From positions 4,030,001 to 4,094,000 of the forward strand of contig NC_043012.1 in NCBI RefSeq assembly GCF_006345805.1: a stretch of DNA of 64,000 bases. Direction: 5' to 3'. Source of the stretch: Octopus sinensis. Taxonomy: Eukaryota. Below, piece after piece: positions 51,795-64,000 of the stretch (the stretch's first letter is position 1; each line of letters begins with the position of its first letter). Below the pieces are notes generated by a model that saw only the letters and a list, made by a program, of their open reading frames with translations, did not search any database and was not told the origin of the DNA. The translations under genes were made by a program, and so were the position numbers.

Positions 51795-52082
51795 TTGATG
51801 CAGTTGACCAAAGAGCCTGCTCATGAAAATTAATGTGTAAATGGCTGAGCACTCCACAGACATGTGTACCCCTAATGTAGATTTCAGGAAGATTCAGAGT
51901 CACACAGAGTGTGGCAAAGCCAGCCCTTTGAGTGACAAGTACAACTCATTTTTGTCAGCAAAGTGGACAGGAACAACAAGAAACAAAGTCTCTTGCTCAA
52001 GGACACAATGTGCCACTGAGGATTGAACTCATGACCTTATGATTGTAAACCAAATACCCTAGCCAGTCAACTATGTGCCTTC
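51795..52082 (-). mobile_element. SINE family D
   Basis: Homologous to 10640-10942. Confidence 0.75.
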
Positions 52083-52139
52083 TACATATCATGGCTTTAA
52101 AAGAATATAGAAGTCAAAACTGATAAAAACTATGTCCAA

Positions 52140-52538
52140 GTGCAGGCGTGGCTGCATGGTAAGAACCTCGCTTCCCAACCACATGGTTCCGAGTTCAGTA
52201 CTACTGCATGGCACCTTGGGCAAATGTCTTCTACTACAGCCTCGAGCTGACGAAAGCTTTGTGAGTGGATTTGGTAGACAGAAACTGAAAGGATTCCATC
52301 GTATCTATATATATATATGTGTATGTGTCTGTGTTTGTTCCCTCAACATCACTTGACAATTGATGTTGGTGTGTTTACATTTACGTAACTTAGTGGTTCA
52401 GCAAAAGTGGCCATTAAAATTAGTTCAAGGCTTACAAAGAGTAGGTCCTGGGGGCGATTTCTTCAACTAAAACCCTTCAAGGTGGTGCTACAGTATGGCT
52501 GCAGTCAAATGACTGAAACAAGTAAAAGAATAAAAGAA
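52140..52538 (+). mobile_element. SINE family A
   Basis: Head to tail present. Confidence 0.85.
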
Positions 52539-52917
52539 TTTCACCCATCTTCTCCACCTGCTGTTCCTGGAAGCATGAACAACTGAGACCATGGATATTA
52601 TCCAACCATCTTGGTCTACCCCTAGGTCACCCTTATTTATTATCCAACCATCTCGGTCTACCCCTAGGTCACCCACTGGTTGGCTTGGCTTAAAGATTCC
52701 TTATTCAATATGTATTTTGATTTATTAAGGTGGAAAGCTGGCAGAATCATTAACATGCCAAGTAAAATGCTTAGCAGAATGTTGTCTATCTTCATATTCT
52801 AAGCTCAAATTCTTTGTTAAGAGATGGAGTGGAACCGAGGGGAGTGGCAGTGTGTCAGGTGAGAAGTTAGAGTAAGATAGAGGGACAAAGATAGTTGTCT
52901 TTATATATATATATATA

Positions 52918-53086
52918 CCGGAGTAAGCACATAAATGTGAAACAAGGTGGAAAAAAAGAGTACTCAAATACCAGAGGTAGAGTAATATGCATTATTTAAA
53001 AGCAGCAGAAATATTAACAAAATATAACGGGAATGTGAAACTCTGAGTAACAGCTTTTGTTATATTTCTACTGCTTTTAAATAAAG
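52918..53086 (+). mobile_element. PLE-like remnant in (TA)n with ~30-bp inverted repeat and half hammerhead
   Basis: IR 52992-53022 / 53055-53084; spacer GAAA-CUC-U-GAG-UA resembles stem III of 33737-33799. Confidence 0.5.
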
Positions 53087-54367
53087 TATATATATATATA
53101 TATATCTTTATCTTTTATTAAACTTTTAATACTTTTGATATTTATATATAAAAAAATATATAAATAAAATAATATATAAATATAAAAATATACATATATA
53201 TATATATTTGTATATATATATTTAAAATTTATAAGTTTAAATTATTTAAATAATTTTTTAAATTTTAACTTTTATATTTTTAAATTAATTTTATGTATTC
53301 GCTTATGTTTTTCACTGTTTGATTTGCCTAATAGTGGTTTTATCTCTAATTTAATATAATATATCTATCTATCTATATATATATATACAGGTACAGGCAT
53401 TGCTGTATGGTTAAGAAGTTTACTGTGGTTGAGGGTCAGTTCCCATTGTGTGGACACTTCTGGTTGGTGTCTTCTATGATAGTTATGAATTGACCAATGC
53501 CTCAAGTGAAATTTGTTAAATAGAAACTGGAAAGATCAGTCTCTCTCTCTCTCTTACACCTACACACCCATGTATATGTATATATGTGTACGTGTCTGTG
53601 TGAGTGTGTATCTGTGTCATGTTGACATACATGTGTTGGTTGTAAACAAAAGCCACAGTTTGTGCTGTCATTGCAAAAATATATTTGGGCTGTTCATTGT
53701 TTGATAGACTACGGGGAAACATTACCTTGTTTGGAAACAGGTGAGTGTTGGGTGAAAGGAAGAACGACCAGCTGTAGAAAAATCCTTCTACAAACTTTCA
53801 TCTAACCAATGTAGGCATGGAAAAGTGGATAATGGAAAATGATGATAATGATGATAAGTTTGTCTTCTTATAACATGTTCACAAGCCTATCTCTGTCTGT
53901 TTCTATCTCTCTTTCTATATATCAATATATATGTATATATACTGTAAATTCAAGAATAGGGGTGGAACTAAGACGAATATAAAGCCCCTCACTCCACCTG
54001 TATTAAGAGTATATACAGATCATGCTTCTATGCATTTACCAGTCTTATCTGAGATGAGAATAATAACATCTGGTCATATTGTAAGAAGACAAATAAATGG
54101 CAGGTTTACTTTCTCTGTTTGTAACATTGATTGAAACCTTTCTTTCTCTTACATATTTGTGTGTGTGTGCACATGTGTTTTTGCCGTTTCTGACTAACAT
54201 TTCACTCACATGGCGTTATCAACATAAGTTTATGATAAAAGAGACATGGCTAAGATTCTGACTTTGCAATTCAAACCAGAACTAGGTAGTTGCAAAGCAA
54301 AATTCTTGACCACATAGGCACAACTACCTATTGCTTAATCAGTCATAATCTGTAACTGGAACATATT

Positions 54368-54541
54368 CAACAAGAAACAAAGTCTCTTGCTCAAGGACAC
54401 AATGTGCCACTGAGGATTGAACTCATGACCTTATGATTGTAAACCAAATACCCTAGCCAGTCAACTATGTGCCTTCTACATATCATGGCTTTAAAAGAAT
54501 ATAGAAGTCAAAACTGATAAAAACTATGTCCAAGTGCAGGC
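54368..54541 (+). repeat. Exact 174-bp copy of 51974-52147
   Basis: Identical across the SINE D head, a unique linker and the start of SINE A. Confidence 0.9.
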
Positions 54542-55587
54542 ATCGCTGCATGGTAAGAAGCTTGCTTCCCAACCACATATTACCAAGTGTATATTATATT
54601 AATTTTACAATTATACTCAAATCAATCTGATCAATATTTTAAATATTTTTGAATGACAATCGGAATTTTAACACTTATCAAGTCTTAATCTTAACACTTT
54701 TGTTAGCATATTACTTTTGTTTCAGTTAATCCTGAAAATAATGAAGAGTTTACCAAAATAATTCTGTCATTATTATGCTGGTGTTTGGAATATAAACTAG
54801 CATGAAATTTTGATGTTATGTGAAATAATTTTTATTTGAAGATAAAATTAAGTTTTTGACTAGTTATAAGTATGTTTCTGGTCAATCTCTAATTTTCTTC
54901 AAGTATAACCTGACATAGCATACTAATCTATGACAGTTATGTTGTTGTTTTGTGCAAACATTTACATAGTGAAGTCTATGCTTAACTTTGCTGAAAAGAT
55001 GCTAATAATACTGAAACATGTAAAGAGTTGTTTTCCATCCTTGTCTAAATAATATTGGTTTCAAATTTTGGAACAAGGATAGCAATTTTGGGTAAGTGGG
55101 TAAGTTGATTACATCCTCCCCAACCCTCAATTGGTACTTATTTATTAACCCTGAAAGGGTCAATAAAATATGTACCAGTTGAGGCGAAAGGCAAAGTCAA
55201 CCTCAATGGAATTTGAACTCAAAACATTAGACATTTTTCCCAGAATGCTAACGATTCTGCCAGCTTACCATCTATTTGCCTAAATATTAATCATTGAGGT
55301 AATGTTATTGCATAGTTATCTTTATTAAAACATAGATGCAAGCATGGATGTGTGGTTAAGAAGTTTGCTTCTCAACCAGATAGGTTTGAGTTCAGTCTCA
55401 CTGCAAGTTGGGCAATTGTCTACCACTATAGCCTTGTGAGAGGTTTTGGTAGACAGAAACTGAAAGAAGCTTATCATATACGTGTATATTCATGTATGTG
55501 TGTGTGTATCCTTATCTTGTGGTAGCTGTTAATGAATGTCACTGTTATACAATTGGTGTCATTCATTTCCAATATTCTGCAAAAATA

Positions 55588-56110
55588 AGGCAGCAAGCTG
55601 GCAGACATGTTAGCATGCTAGGCTAGATGCTTAGCAGTATTTCGTCTGTCTTTACATTCTAAGTTCAAATTCCACCGTGGTTGACTTTGCCTTTCATCCT
55701 TTTGGAGTTGATAAATTAAGTGCCAGTTGTGTACTGGGGTCAATCTAATCAACTGGCCCCCTCCCCAAACATTTGGGACCTTGTGCCGAGAGTAGAAAAG
55801 AATATTCTACAAAATCATGTCTAGCCATGGGGAAATATTTTGCTTGGAAACATGAGAGTTGGTGACAGGAAAGGCAAGGCCGTAGAAAATCTGCTTCAGT
55901 AAACTGTCTGACCCATGAAAAACTGGACATTAAAATGGTAATAATAATAATGATCCTTTCTGCTAAACGCACAAAACCTGAAATTTGGTGGGAGGGGACT
56001 AATTGATTACATCAACCCTAGTATTTCACTGGTACTTTAATTTACTGACCCTGAAAGGATGAAAGATAAAGTTGGCCTCAGAATGTAGTAACAGGCGAAA
56101 TACTACTATG
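55588..56110. mobile_element. Two SINE B copies in opposite orientation (55588-55800 plus; 55955-56110 minus)
   Basis: ttgactttgcctttcatcc versus ggatgaaagataaagttg. Confidence 0.7.
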
Positions 56111-56179
56111 CATTTAACAATGATGATGATTTTATATATATATATATATATATATCTAATTTAATTTATATATATATAT

Positions 56180-56311
56180 ATCATCATCGTTTAGCATCCG
56201 CTTTCCATGCTAGCAAGGGTTGGATGGTTCAACTGGGGTCTGGGAAGCCAGAAGGCTGCACCAGGCCCAACCTGATCTGGCAATGTTTCTACAGCTGGAT
56301 GCCCTTCCTAA
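56180..56311 (-). mobile_element. Family C tail
   Basis: catcatcgtttagcatccgctttccatgctagc...gctggatgcccttccta. Confidence 0.8.
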
Positions 56312-56859
56312 TATATACAGATGGGCAACTGTTAATACAGGTACATTTTCTTTCTCTTCATTCTCCCCTCATTCCTTTCTGTAGAAGAGTGTAGGTCCAA
56401 AACAAAGACTCTTCTATTTTTCTTGCTCATCAAACTAATCCACCCTGTTTGTTGCTCCTTCACTTGTAACTGTCTTTTCTTTTTTTATACAACACTGAAC
56501 CATATACATACATATATTTAGGACCCTTTTGGCAGGATATGAAGATAGTTAAATGTTTTAAGGCAAAAGTTTAATAGCTTGTTTTTACTTATATTAATCT
56601 CCAACAGCATTGAAGAAGTTTTCCAAATGATTTGTCTTCTATTCTACAACACTTCAAATAACACTTTAACCTTTGTTTTCCTGTTCACTGCACTAAATAA
56701 TATTAACACTAACAATAACAAAATAATTTCTATAACATATTAATTTCTTAAATAAGCTAGGAAAGTGGATACTTGATTGGTCCTTTATTTTATCCACCCC
56801 AAAAGGATGAAAGTCAAAGGTGACTTTGGCAGGATTTGAAAAAAGAACATAAAGAACAT

Positions 56860-57256
56860 AGGCACAGGAGTGGCTGTGTGGTGAGTAGCTTGCTTACCAA
56901 CCATATGGTTCCAGGTTCAGTCCCACTGTATGGCACCTTGGGCAAGCATCTACTATAGCCTTGGGCTGACCAAAGCCATGAGTGGATTTGGTAGACAGAA
57001 ACTGAAAGAAGCCTATCGTGTGTCTGTGTGTATATACATACATATATGTATGTATGTGTATATGTTTGTCCCCTCCTCCCCACATCACTTGACAACCAAT
57101 GCTGGTACAATTATGTCCCTGTAACTTACCGGTTTGGCAGAAGAAACTGACAGAATAAGTATAAGGCTTACAAAGAATAAGTCCTGGGGTCAATTTGCTC
57201 AACTAAAGGTGGTGTACCAGCATGGCCGCAGTCTGACTGAAACAAGTAAAAGAGTA
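56860..57256 (+). mobile_element. SINE family A
   Basis: Head to tail present. Confidence 0.85.
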
Positions 57257-57454
57257 ACAAACAGTTTATTTAGACACAAGTCCAACAATTTTGAGGAAAT
57301 TGGGGTTAGTAAATTATATCCATCCCAGTACTAGACTGGTACTTTATTTTATAGACCCCAGAAGAATGAAAGGTAAATTTACCTGAGGTAGGATTTGAAC
57401 TGAGAATATAAAGAACCAACACAAATACCATTTTTTATTTAAGCAGAAGTTGAG

Positions 57455-57660
57455 ACACATAATTTAGTGCTTAGGGTATTGAACACATGATTCTAAGATT
57501 GTTTTGACTCCTTGACCAGGTGAGGTGTGTTCTTGAGCAAAACACTTCATTTCACTTTGCTCCAGTCCACTCAGCTGGCAAAAATGAGTAATTCTGTGAT
57601 AGACCAGATTCCTATCAAGTGGGGAATATATACATCAGAGAAATCAGGAAACCGGCCCAA
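57455..57660 (+). mobile_element. SINE family D, diverged
   Basis: gtgttcttgagcaaaacacttcatttcactttgctccagtccactcagctggcaaaaatgagtaa. Confidence 0.7.
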
Positions 57661-58029
57661 TGCTCCTTATGGAGTCATGTGGATTAACTATTTAGGCAGA
57701 AAGCCAAGGAGATGAGGGTTAGTCAAATTCAACCAGCCTAGTACAAGACTGGTGCTTTATTGTGATCCCAGAAAGATGGCAAGCACAGTTGACCTTGGCA
57801 GTTACAAACGTTTTAAATGAATGTTTAATATTAATTTGATTTGGGACCTCCTGTAAACATTAAAATAAATAAAAAAAATTAATGATTAATACATCTTGAA
57901 CATATAAAATGATTAGATTTTCTCCTAAATCATATAAGGAAGAAAAAAATCACTCATAGAACCAAAGGCAAGGTGGTGCTGTAGCATGGCCACAGTCCAG
58001 TGATTTGAAATGAAAGAGTAAACAACAGA

Positions 58030-61000
58030 GAGTTTTACTTTTAGTTCTTTTTTATTATGAAAATTCAGTTGATCATGAAGATGATAATTATCTGCTTTCA
58101 CAATCACAATTTTTAAACTATGAGAAGAGGAAGGAAAAAGACTGAAAGAAGGTAAAAAAAAAAAAAAAAAAAAATGTAGAGTTAAAATGAAAAAAAAAAA
58201 AAGAGGAAGAAAAGAAAACAATTTCATAGTCTATATGTTCTAAGATTCATGCATCATGTTTGGTGTTTTAATACCATAAACTCTGTTTAAATAGGCACTG
58301 AAGTCTTGAAGAACTAAAACCTCAGATTTCCCATTAAACCAGTCATTATGAACAATAGCATCATTGGGATAAAAAATGTTTGAACAAGGAAGGGAGGTGA
58401 AAAAAAAAAAAAGGACCGTTTAATTAGTACATTTAGCTCCAGAAATAGCATCTCATTAAAAAAAAAAATTAAACACTGACATTTCACACTCGTTTTGTCA
58501 GATATTCCGTGATCAGAACTTAAAAGGTTAAAGAATATGTATGGGATTCCAAGAAAAATTTGTGAAATCCAAAGACAAAAGATATTTTTGAATGTATCAT
58601 TTTTCTTTTGATTATCACCTCTCTTTAGAGAAAATTCTAAGACTTATTTTTGCTTCTTTTTTTTTTCCAGTCAAAGAATCTCAAAGAATGGGGAAAGAGA
58701 GGTCATTGAAAACTTAAAGTCACTATGACTTCGCTGGATCATGATGGAGGTACACTGGAAGAGGAGAATTAAGCAAATAGAAGAAAGCACTCTTTCCAAT
58801 TGGATTTCAAACTAACGAATGATTGCTTACATGGTTTGCAAGTTAATGAGATCTAGAAATGAAGGAACTTAAGTAGGGAAGGCATCAGGTGGGTAATGCT
58901 GTTTAGAAATGTAAACTAAATCTATAAAGCTTCATTCATTCTGAAATGTGTGTCGTTCACAATCTGAATGAAAAAAAACCAAAAAAAAAAACCCCCCAGC
59001 AAAGATAGTACTTTGCTATATACTAAATCAAAAAAAAAAAAAAGATATTCATGATTTAAACTTAAGAACCAACAACATGAGAACCATATCCTTTTAAGAA
59101 TCACACATAATGCAAACAAGGAATTAGTTTAAGGAGGGAAGGAGGGGGAGTGAATAAGAAAAAATTTCTTCTCTGAAATGGTATAATTTTAATACTTTTA
59201 AATCTATTTCTCATATCTCTTAGATAATAATATAAGTTGATGTATAGCATTACATTTAGCAAACTAGAAAAACAAATATGAAAAAAAAAGGCTTTCAATT
59301 TTAAGATGATGTAAGGATGACTTTGAAAGAGCACTAACTAAAAAAGAGAAAAAGTATCTATAAAGATATTTTTGACAAACTGCATTTTCAATTTGTCTTT
59401 TTATAGGAATACTCTGGAATTATTTACTGAGTCGTTAAAAATTCTATTTGGATGTAAATGATGATAATATCCCTGAGGAAAATTTTATAAAAGAAAATTC
59501 CAAAGTAAAATTTAATAAGATTTTAATAAAACCTGTAAGTCATTGAATTAAATTAAAAACAAGAAAAAAGTTTAATTTTTTTACTGATAAACAAAAAAAA
59601 AAAAAAAAAGGTTTCCTTTCTGAACGCAAAATTTATAGATGTTATTTAACACGATCAATTTATATTTGCATAGTAGGCATTTTACATTAGATACAAATGG
59701 TTAGCTAGTTAACTTAAATGTGGGAGTGTGTGTGTGTTCATTTATTCAGTGCACCAGAAAGTCTTGAAAAGTAAACCAGCTTGCTGTAGAAGTTGACACA
59801 GAAAATAGATGAGTCACGCTTCAGTAGCTACAGATGCATTACAAACCAGCAAGATGAAAGACGCTGGGAAGAAATGACCCTTCACAGTTTTATTACAGAA
59901 TAACATTGTAAATCATTGGTAAGGCATCAGAAATGGTACTAAGCACTTCTAAGAGGTGGCCACAGTGGTTATCACAGAAGAAGGAACCATTTAAGGGTCT
60001 GTACAAAATGGTCTGTTATATTCTAAGGATGCCTACTCATCAGTTTTGGAATGGAGATAAAATATATTTCCAATTTAGCTATAAACATGAAATGCCAAGA
60101 CATTTTCCAAGAGTGGTTAAGTTTATTACAGGGCATGATAGTAAGGCTTTGGTCTGAGAGGATAGAGATTCTTAACTGTATAAACAGTTGAAAGCTTAAC
60201 TCCATTTAAGTGAAAGATAATGGGAAGTTCAGTTGAAGCCACTTCTCTACAGCCAATATAGTTTCATTGATGCCTTCACATTACTGGAAAGATTACATTT
60301 CATATGCTACAGTATGATCTCAAGCTCAAATTCATGGCCTCCACGTTGGATCATTGGTTGGTGGAGAGAACATGCTGAGGCCTTCGTCCTGCAGCAGATT
60401 GAACATAAGCAATCCAATCCAATCTAATACTACATTAAGCCTGTTAAATTACAAGGAAGAAACAAACAAACAAAAAAATATAAATACATATTTTTTTCCC
60501 CTCTTATCTAAATAGATTTAGAATCAATATTGAATAAATAAAGGAATCACTGGATTAAACAAAATTCTTTGATAACTGTAGAGAAAGGCCTAACCATATA
60601 GCTAAATTTAAAATGTTAAAATGGATAAATCTTCCTAGTCCTATTTCAATATGTAATATAACGCAGTTGTGCCGATTACAAATATGAAAATAAAGTCAAA
60701 ACCTGGTATGATCAAGTAAGTAACAGAAGAATTAGAAAAGTTCTAAGTAGAATTAGAGAGGAGCATAAAGGGATACACAAGCAGTAGAAAAAAATTCAGC
60801 TAATTTTCTGAAAGATATTCCAAGATTTTATAAAAGAGAGAGATAGCAGATGAAAGAAGAATGGTAAAAATTCAAGAAATGATATCGTAGTTAAAGTTTC
60901 AATAAATGTATTAAAATAAAAGATTTGGTAACTATGATGAAGCTAAAAATTACAAAAGAGTCAGTAACAAGATGTCTGTTCTGCTGTCATTGCCAAGTTC

Positions 61001-62261
61001 AGTTTTGAAAGTTCCAGCTGAACCAAATATTTTTTTTATTTCAGAAGCCAATGAAGGAAAAAAAAAAAAAAAAAAGGCATGTGTTTAACTTTCTATTTGA
61101 ATGGTGGAAACAGCAATAGACAGAAATTTCAGTGAATTGACAAATTTACAAAATATGCTAATTTCAGTTCTTGCTATTAAATGTAACTAAATTTTAATAA
61201 GACGTTAATTACAAACAGAACAGTTTAATTTCAAGTAACGGTATGTAATTAGAAATATAACAACAATGCAAGCTGATAATACAACAAAGCCGCATCAGCT
61301 TGACTCCTTCACTGCAATGATTCTAGGAACTATTATCCTCAGGAAATAATTTTTTATTTTTTAAATGAAAATGAACATTTTGAGAGAGAGTGGGGGAGGA
61401 GAAGAAGATAGAATATTCCAGTTATGTTGGATAAATAACATTCAAAACTGGATTCCATTTAGATGAATAAGTTTAACTTCAGTTAAATGAAATGGCAATC
61501 AAATGTTGATGAAAATTGAGAGGTTTGTTACTTTTTCCTTCTTCCTCCCCACAATTTCAAAACATTATGTAATAAATAAAGGAATAAAAAAAATTCAATA
61601 AAGCTTTAAAAAAATCCAAAGAATACCACTCTTAACTTACATACTGAATAATGGGAAGATTTTTTTTTCCAGCATTATGAGAACTTAGCAATGGGGAAGA
61701 GTATAAATTGCAATGATTACTTTGAAGTTTTCTGTTTACGGCAAATTATACTGAAACTTAAACTTCCAAAGTTGTCAATAAATACAAGTTCTGCTACAAA
61801 TACCAAACACTACTTTATTGAAAAGGAATAAACTGCACACACTGCCACAAACATATTTCTATGTGTGTATGCAACATTACAAAATGCAAATACTGTATAG
61901 GAGACAGCATTTACGACAAAGGAAAAAAACAATTCAATTGAAAAGAAAGGGTTTAGTTGGAATTAAGTTATCTCATCGTAGCAGTGGAAAGAATTGTGCA
62001 ACACTAGCACAGATAGAAAGAAGCAAACTTTGGGAGCAGAACAAGGACCATGAAAGAGAGCAGAAGTACATTGGCAGGAACATAGCTTGTAGCTTAAAGA
62101 ATATTTCATGTTTAAGTTGAACTGTTTGTAAAAAACATTCTTGAAACTATAATTCAAACAACAGGCTGAAGGGGAATGGTAAAACACAGAGTTTTTTTCA
62201 CCAATCAGTAGTTTCCAGTAAAAAAATTTATATATATTATACATACATAAATTTAATTAAA

Positions 62262-62293
<32 letters not shown>

Positions 62294-62395
62294 TACACAA
62301 ACATATGTATTATATATATTTATATATGTGTCACACAAACATATGTATTTATATTATTTAAATATATATATTATACATATAATTCATGTAAATGT

Positions 62396-62432
<37 letters not shown>

Positions 62433-64000
62433 AAATATATACTATACATATATATTTATACATATAATTTATATATATATACTTACATATAATTTACTTA
62501 AATATATACATATAATGTATTTAAATGTATATTATATACACACATATATACATATATGTTAATCATTTAAATAACATACATTACTCTGACCAAATGTAAT
62601 CTCAAGTTTGTGAATGATATATAAAAACTTTTTCATATAAATTTAAAGCCTTGCTTATGCTGAATCCCAAAATTTGAAAAGGTCACTGGAATATAATAGA
62701 AACACATTTGTTAGCGCTATATATATATATATTTTTTTTTATATGAAGATACCTTTTCAAAAATAAGCTCACCAGAAGATATCTGAACTGGTTGTTGTCA
62801 TAGTAATGATATGTTACATGAAATAATAAACATTTGTTTGGTTTGTATTGTTTCTTGCCCCAAATCAGATCAAACTAATATAGTGCCTTGTTAGTCCAAG
62901 AAACACACAAGCATGGAGTACGTTCCTCAAAAATATTATCCTTGCTGGAATAAATTTAAGCAGTACTCATATTATTTTGCTAAATTATAGTTTGAAAAAT
63001 GCAAATGGCACAAAAAGAAAAAAAAAATCTGTTGCTGCCAAAATTATCTGCTCAAACTCTCCCTCAAGTATTTTGGAGCTCTCTTTCCAACCAAATTAGT
63101 TCAATGGAAAAGATTAAAAACCTTAACTTTTTTTTACTGCAGAAGAAAAAGAAAAAAATTAAAGGGAATTTTAATGTTTAAAAATAAGTTAGTAATTGGA
63201 AAATTACCCCCCAAAAAACAGAACAAACAAACAAGGAACAACTAAATATATTAAATGTTTTCCCCCTTTATTTAACAAAATTTTATATATTTTTTTGATA
63301 GTATATGTAGCGCTACTAATTTATACATCAGAAATTATGAAGATATCAATAAAGCTAAGAAAGCCTTGAAAATGTGAATATATTTTGGCTGTAGTGAGTC
63401 AAAGTAAACAAAAGTTTTCATGTAAAACTTTCTATACAGTAAAAAAAACAAAACAAAACATAACAAAAAGTTTAATTTCAGAAGAGCATCAGAAGACTTC
63501 AATTGATTTAAAGAGGTCCAGAAAAAAAAAAGACTTGATTTACAATGAATGGCAGAAGTTAGACAATTTTTTTTTATAATTGGTATTTTCAATCTCAAAT
63601 GAAGGTACAGAGAAAAAGATTTTATAAAACATATCAAAAAGGAAAACAAACAAAAAAAGTAAAACAACTATTTCTGAATAAATAAACCCATGAATCTCAA
63701 CTAAAATAATGATTATTTTGCAGGAGAAAAAAAAAAAAAAAAAAAAATCATCTAAATAGGAAATGCGACCATGACGATGGTTCCTTCTTTTCTTTTAGAG
63801 CAAGGTATTTTTATATTTCATCAATTGTTAGTACTAATACCAAAGAAGAGCTGATAGATATACATACATATACCCACATATGTACACATAAATGTGCATA
63901 CACATGTGCTCATATATACATATATTAATTTATTTATTAATTATGTAATGCATAGGCATACACTGGGCACACAAACAAACATACACACTTTTCATTCTTG
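58030..64000 (-). other. TE-depleted, strand-biased segment: candidate long 3' UTR of a minus-strand gene lying beyond the window
   Basis: No copy of the SINE/LINE families above for ~6 kb; many A-runs on plus (U-runs on minus); minus-strand AATAAA near 61814 followed by GT-rich gtagtgtttggtatttg. Confidence 0.4.

Overview
Eukaryotic, AT-rich, repeat-dense non-coding DNA with no recognisable intact host gene. The mix of tRNA-derived SINEs and very long (TA)n, (TG)n, (TAA)n, (GAT)n and (ATCT)n microsatellites resembles coleoid cephalopod, probably Octopus, DNA; this is an inference from repeat content, not a database match. Repeats present: four tRNA-headed SINE families (labelled A, B, D, E here); many RTE-LINE 3' ends (family C) whose 3' UTR carries tandem ~60-bp structured modules; CR1, RTE and R4/Dong-type LINE fragments; one full-length dead mariner and one partial mariner; hAT, pogo/Tigger and piggyBac-like MITEs; Helentron-associated (DINE-1/HINE-like) elements; and a tRNA-Glu-like pseudogene. 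The most notable signal is a set of sequence-unrelated Penelope-like remnants, each folding into a minimal type I hammerhead ribozyme with family-specific stems; one shows a compensatory G3:C8 core swap, and several sit inside their own inverted repeats. Also notable are a perfect spacerless 230-bp palindrome and a ~6-kb TE-free, strand-biased right end that looks like a long minus-strand 3' UTR. Almost all ORFs in the supplied track are microsatellite or repeat artefacts. Repeat boundaries are read by eye and are approximate unless a TSD or TIR is quoted.
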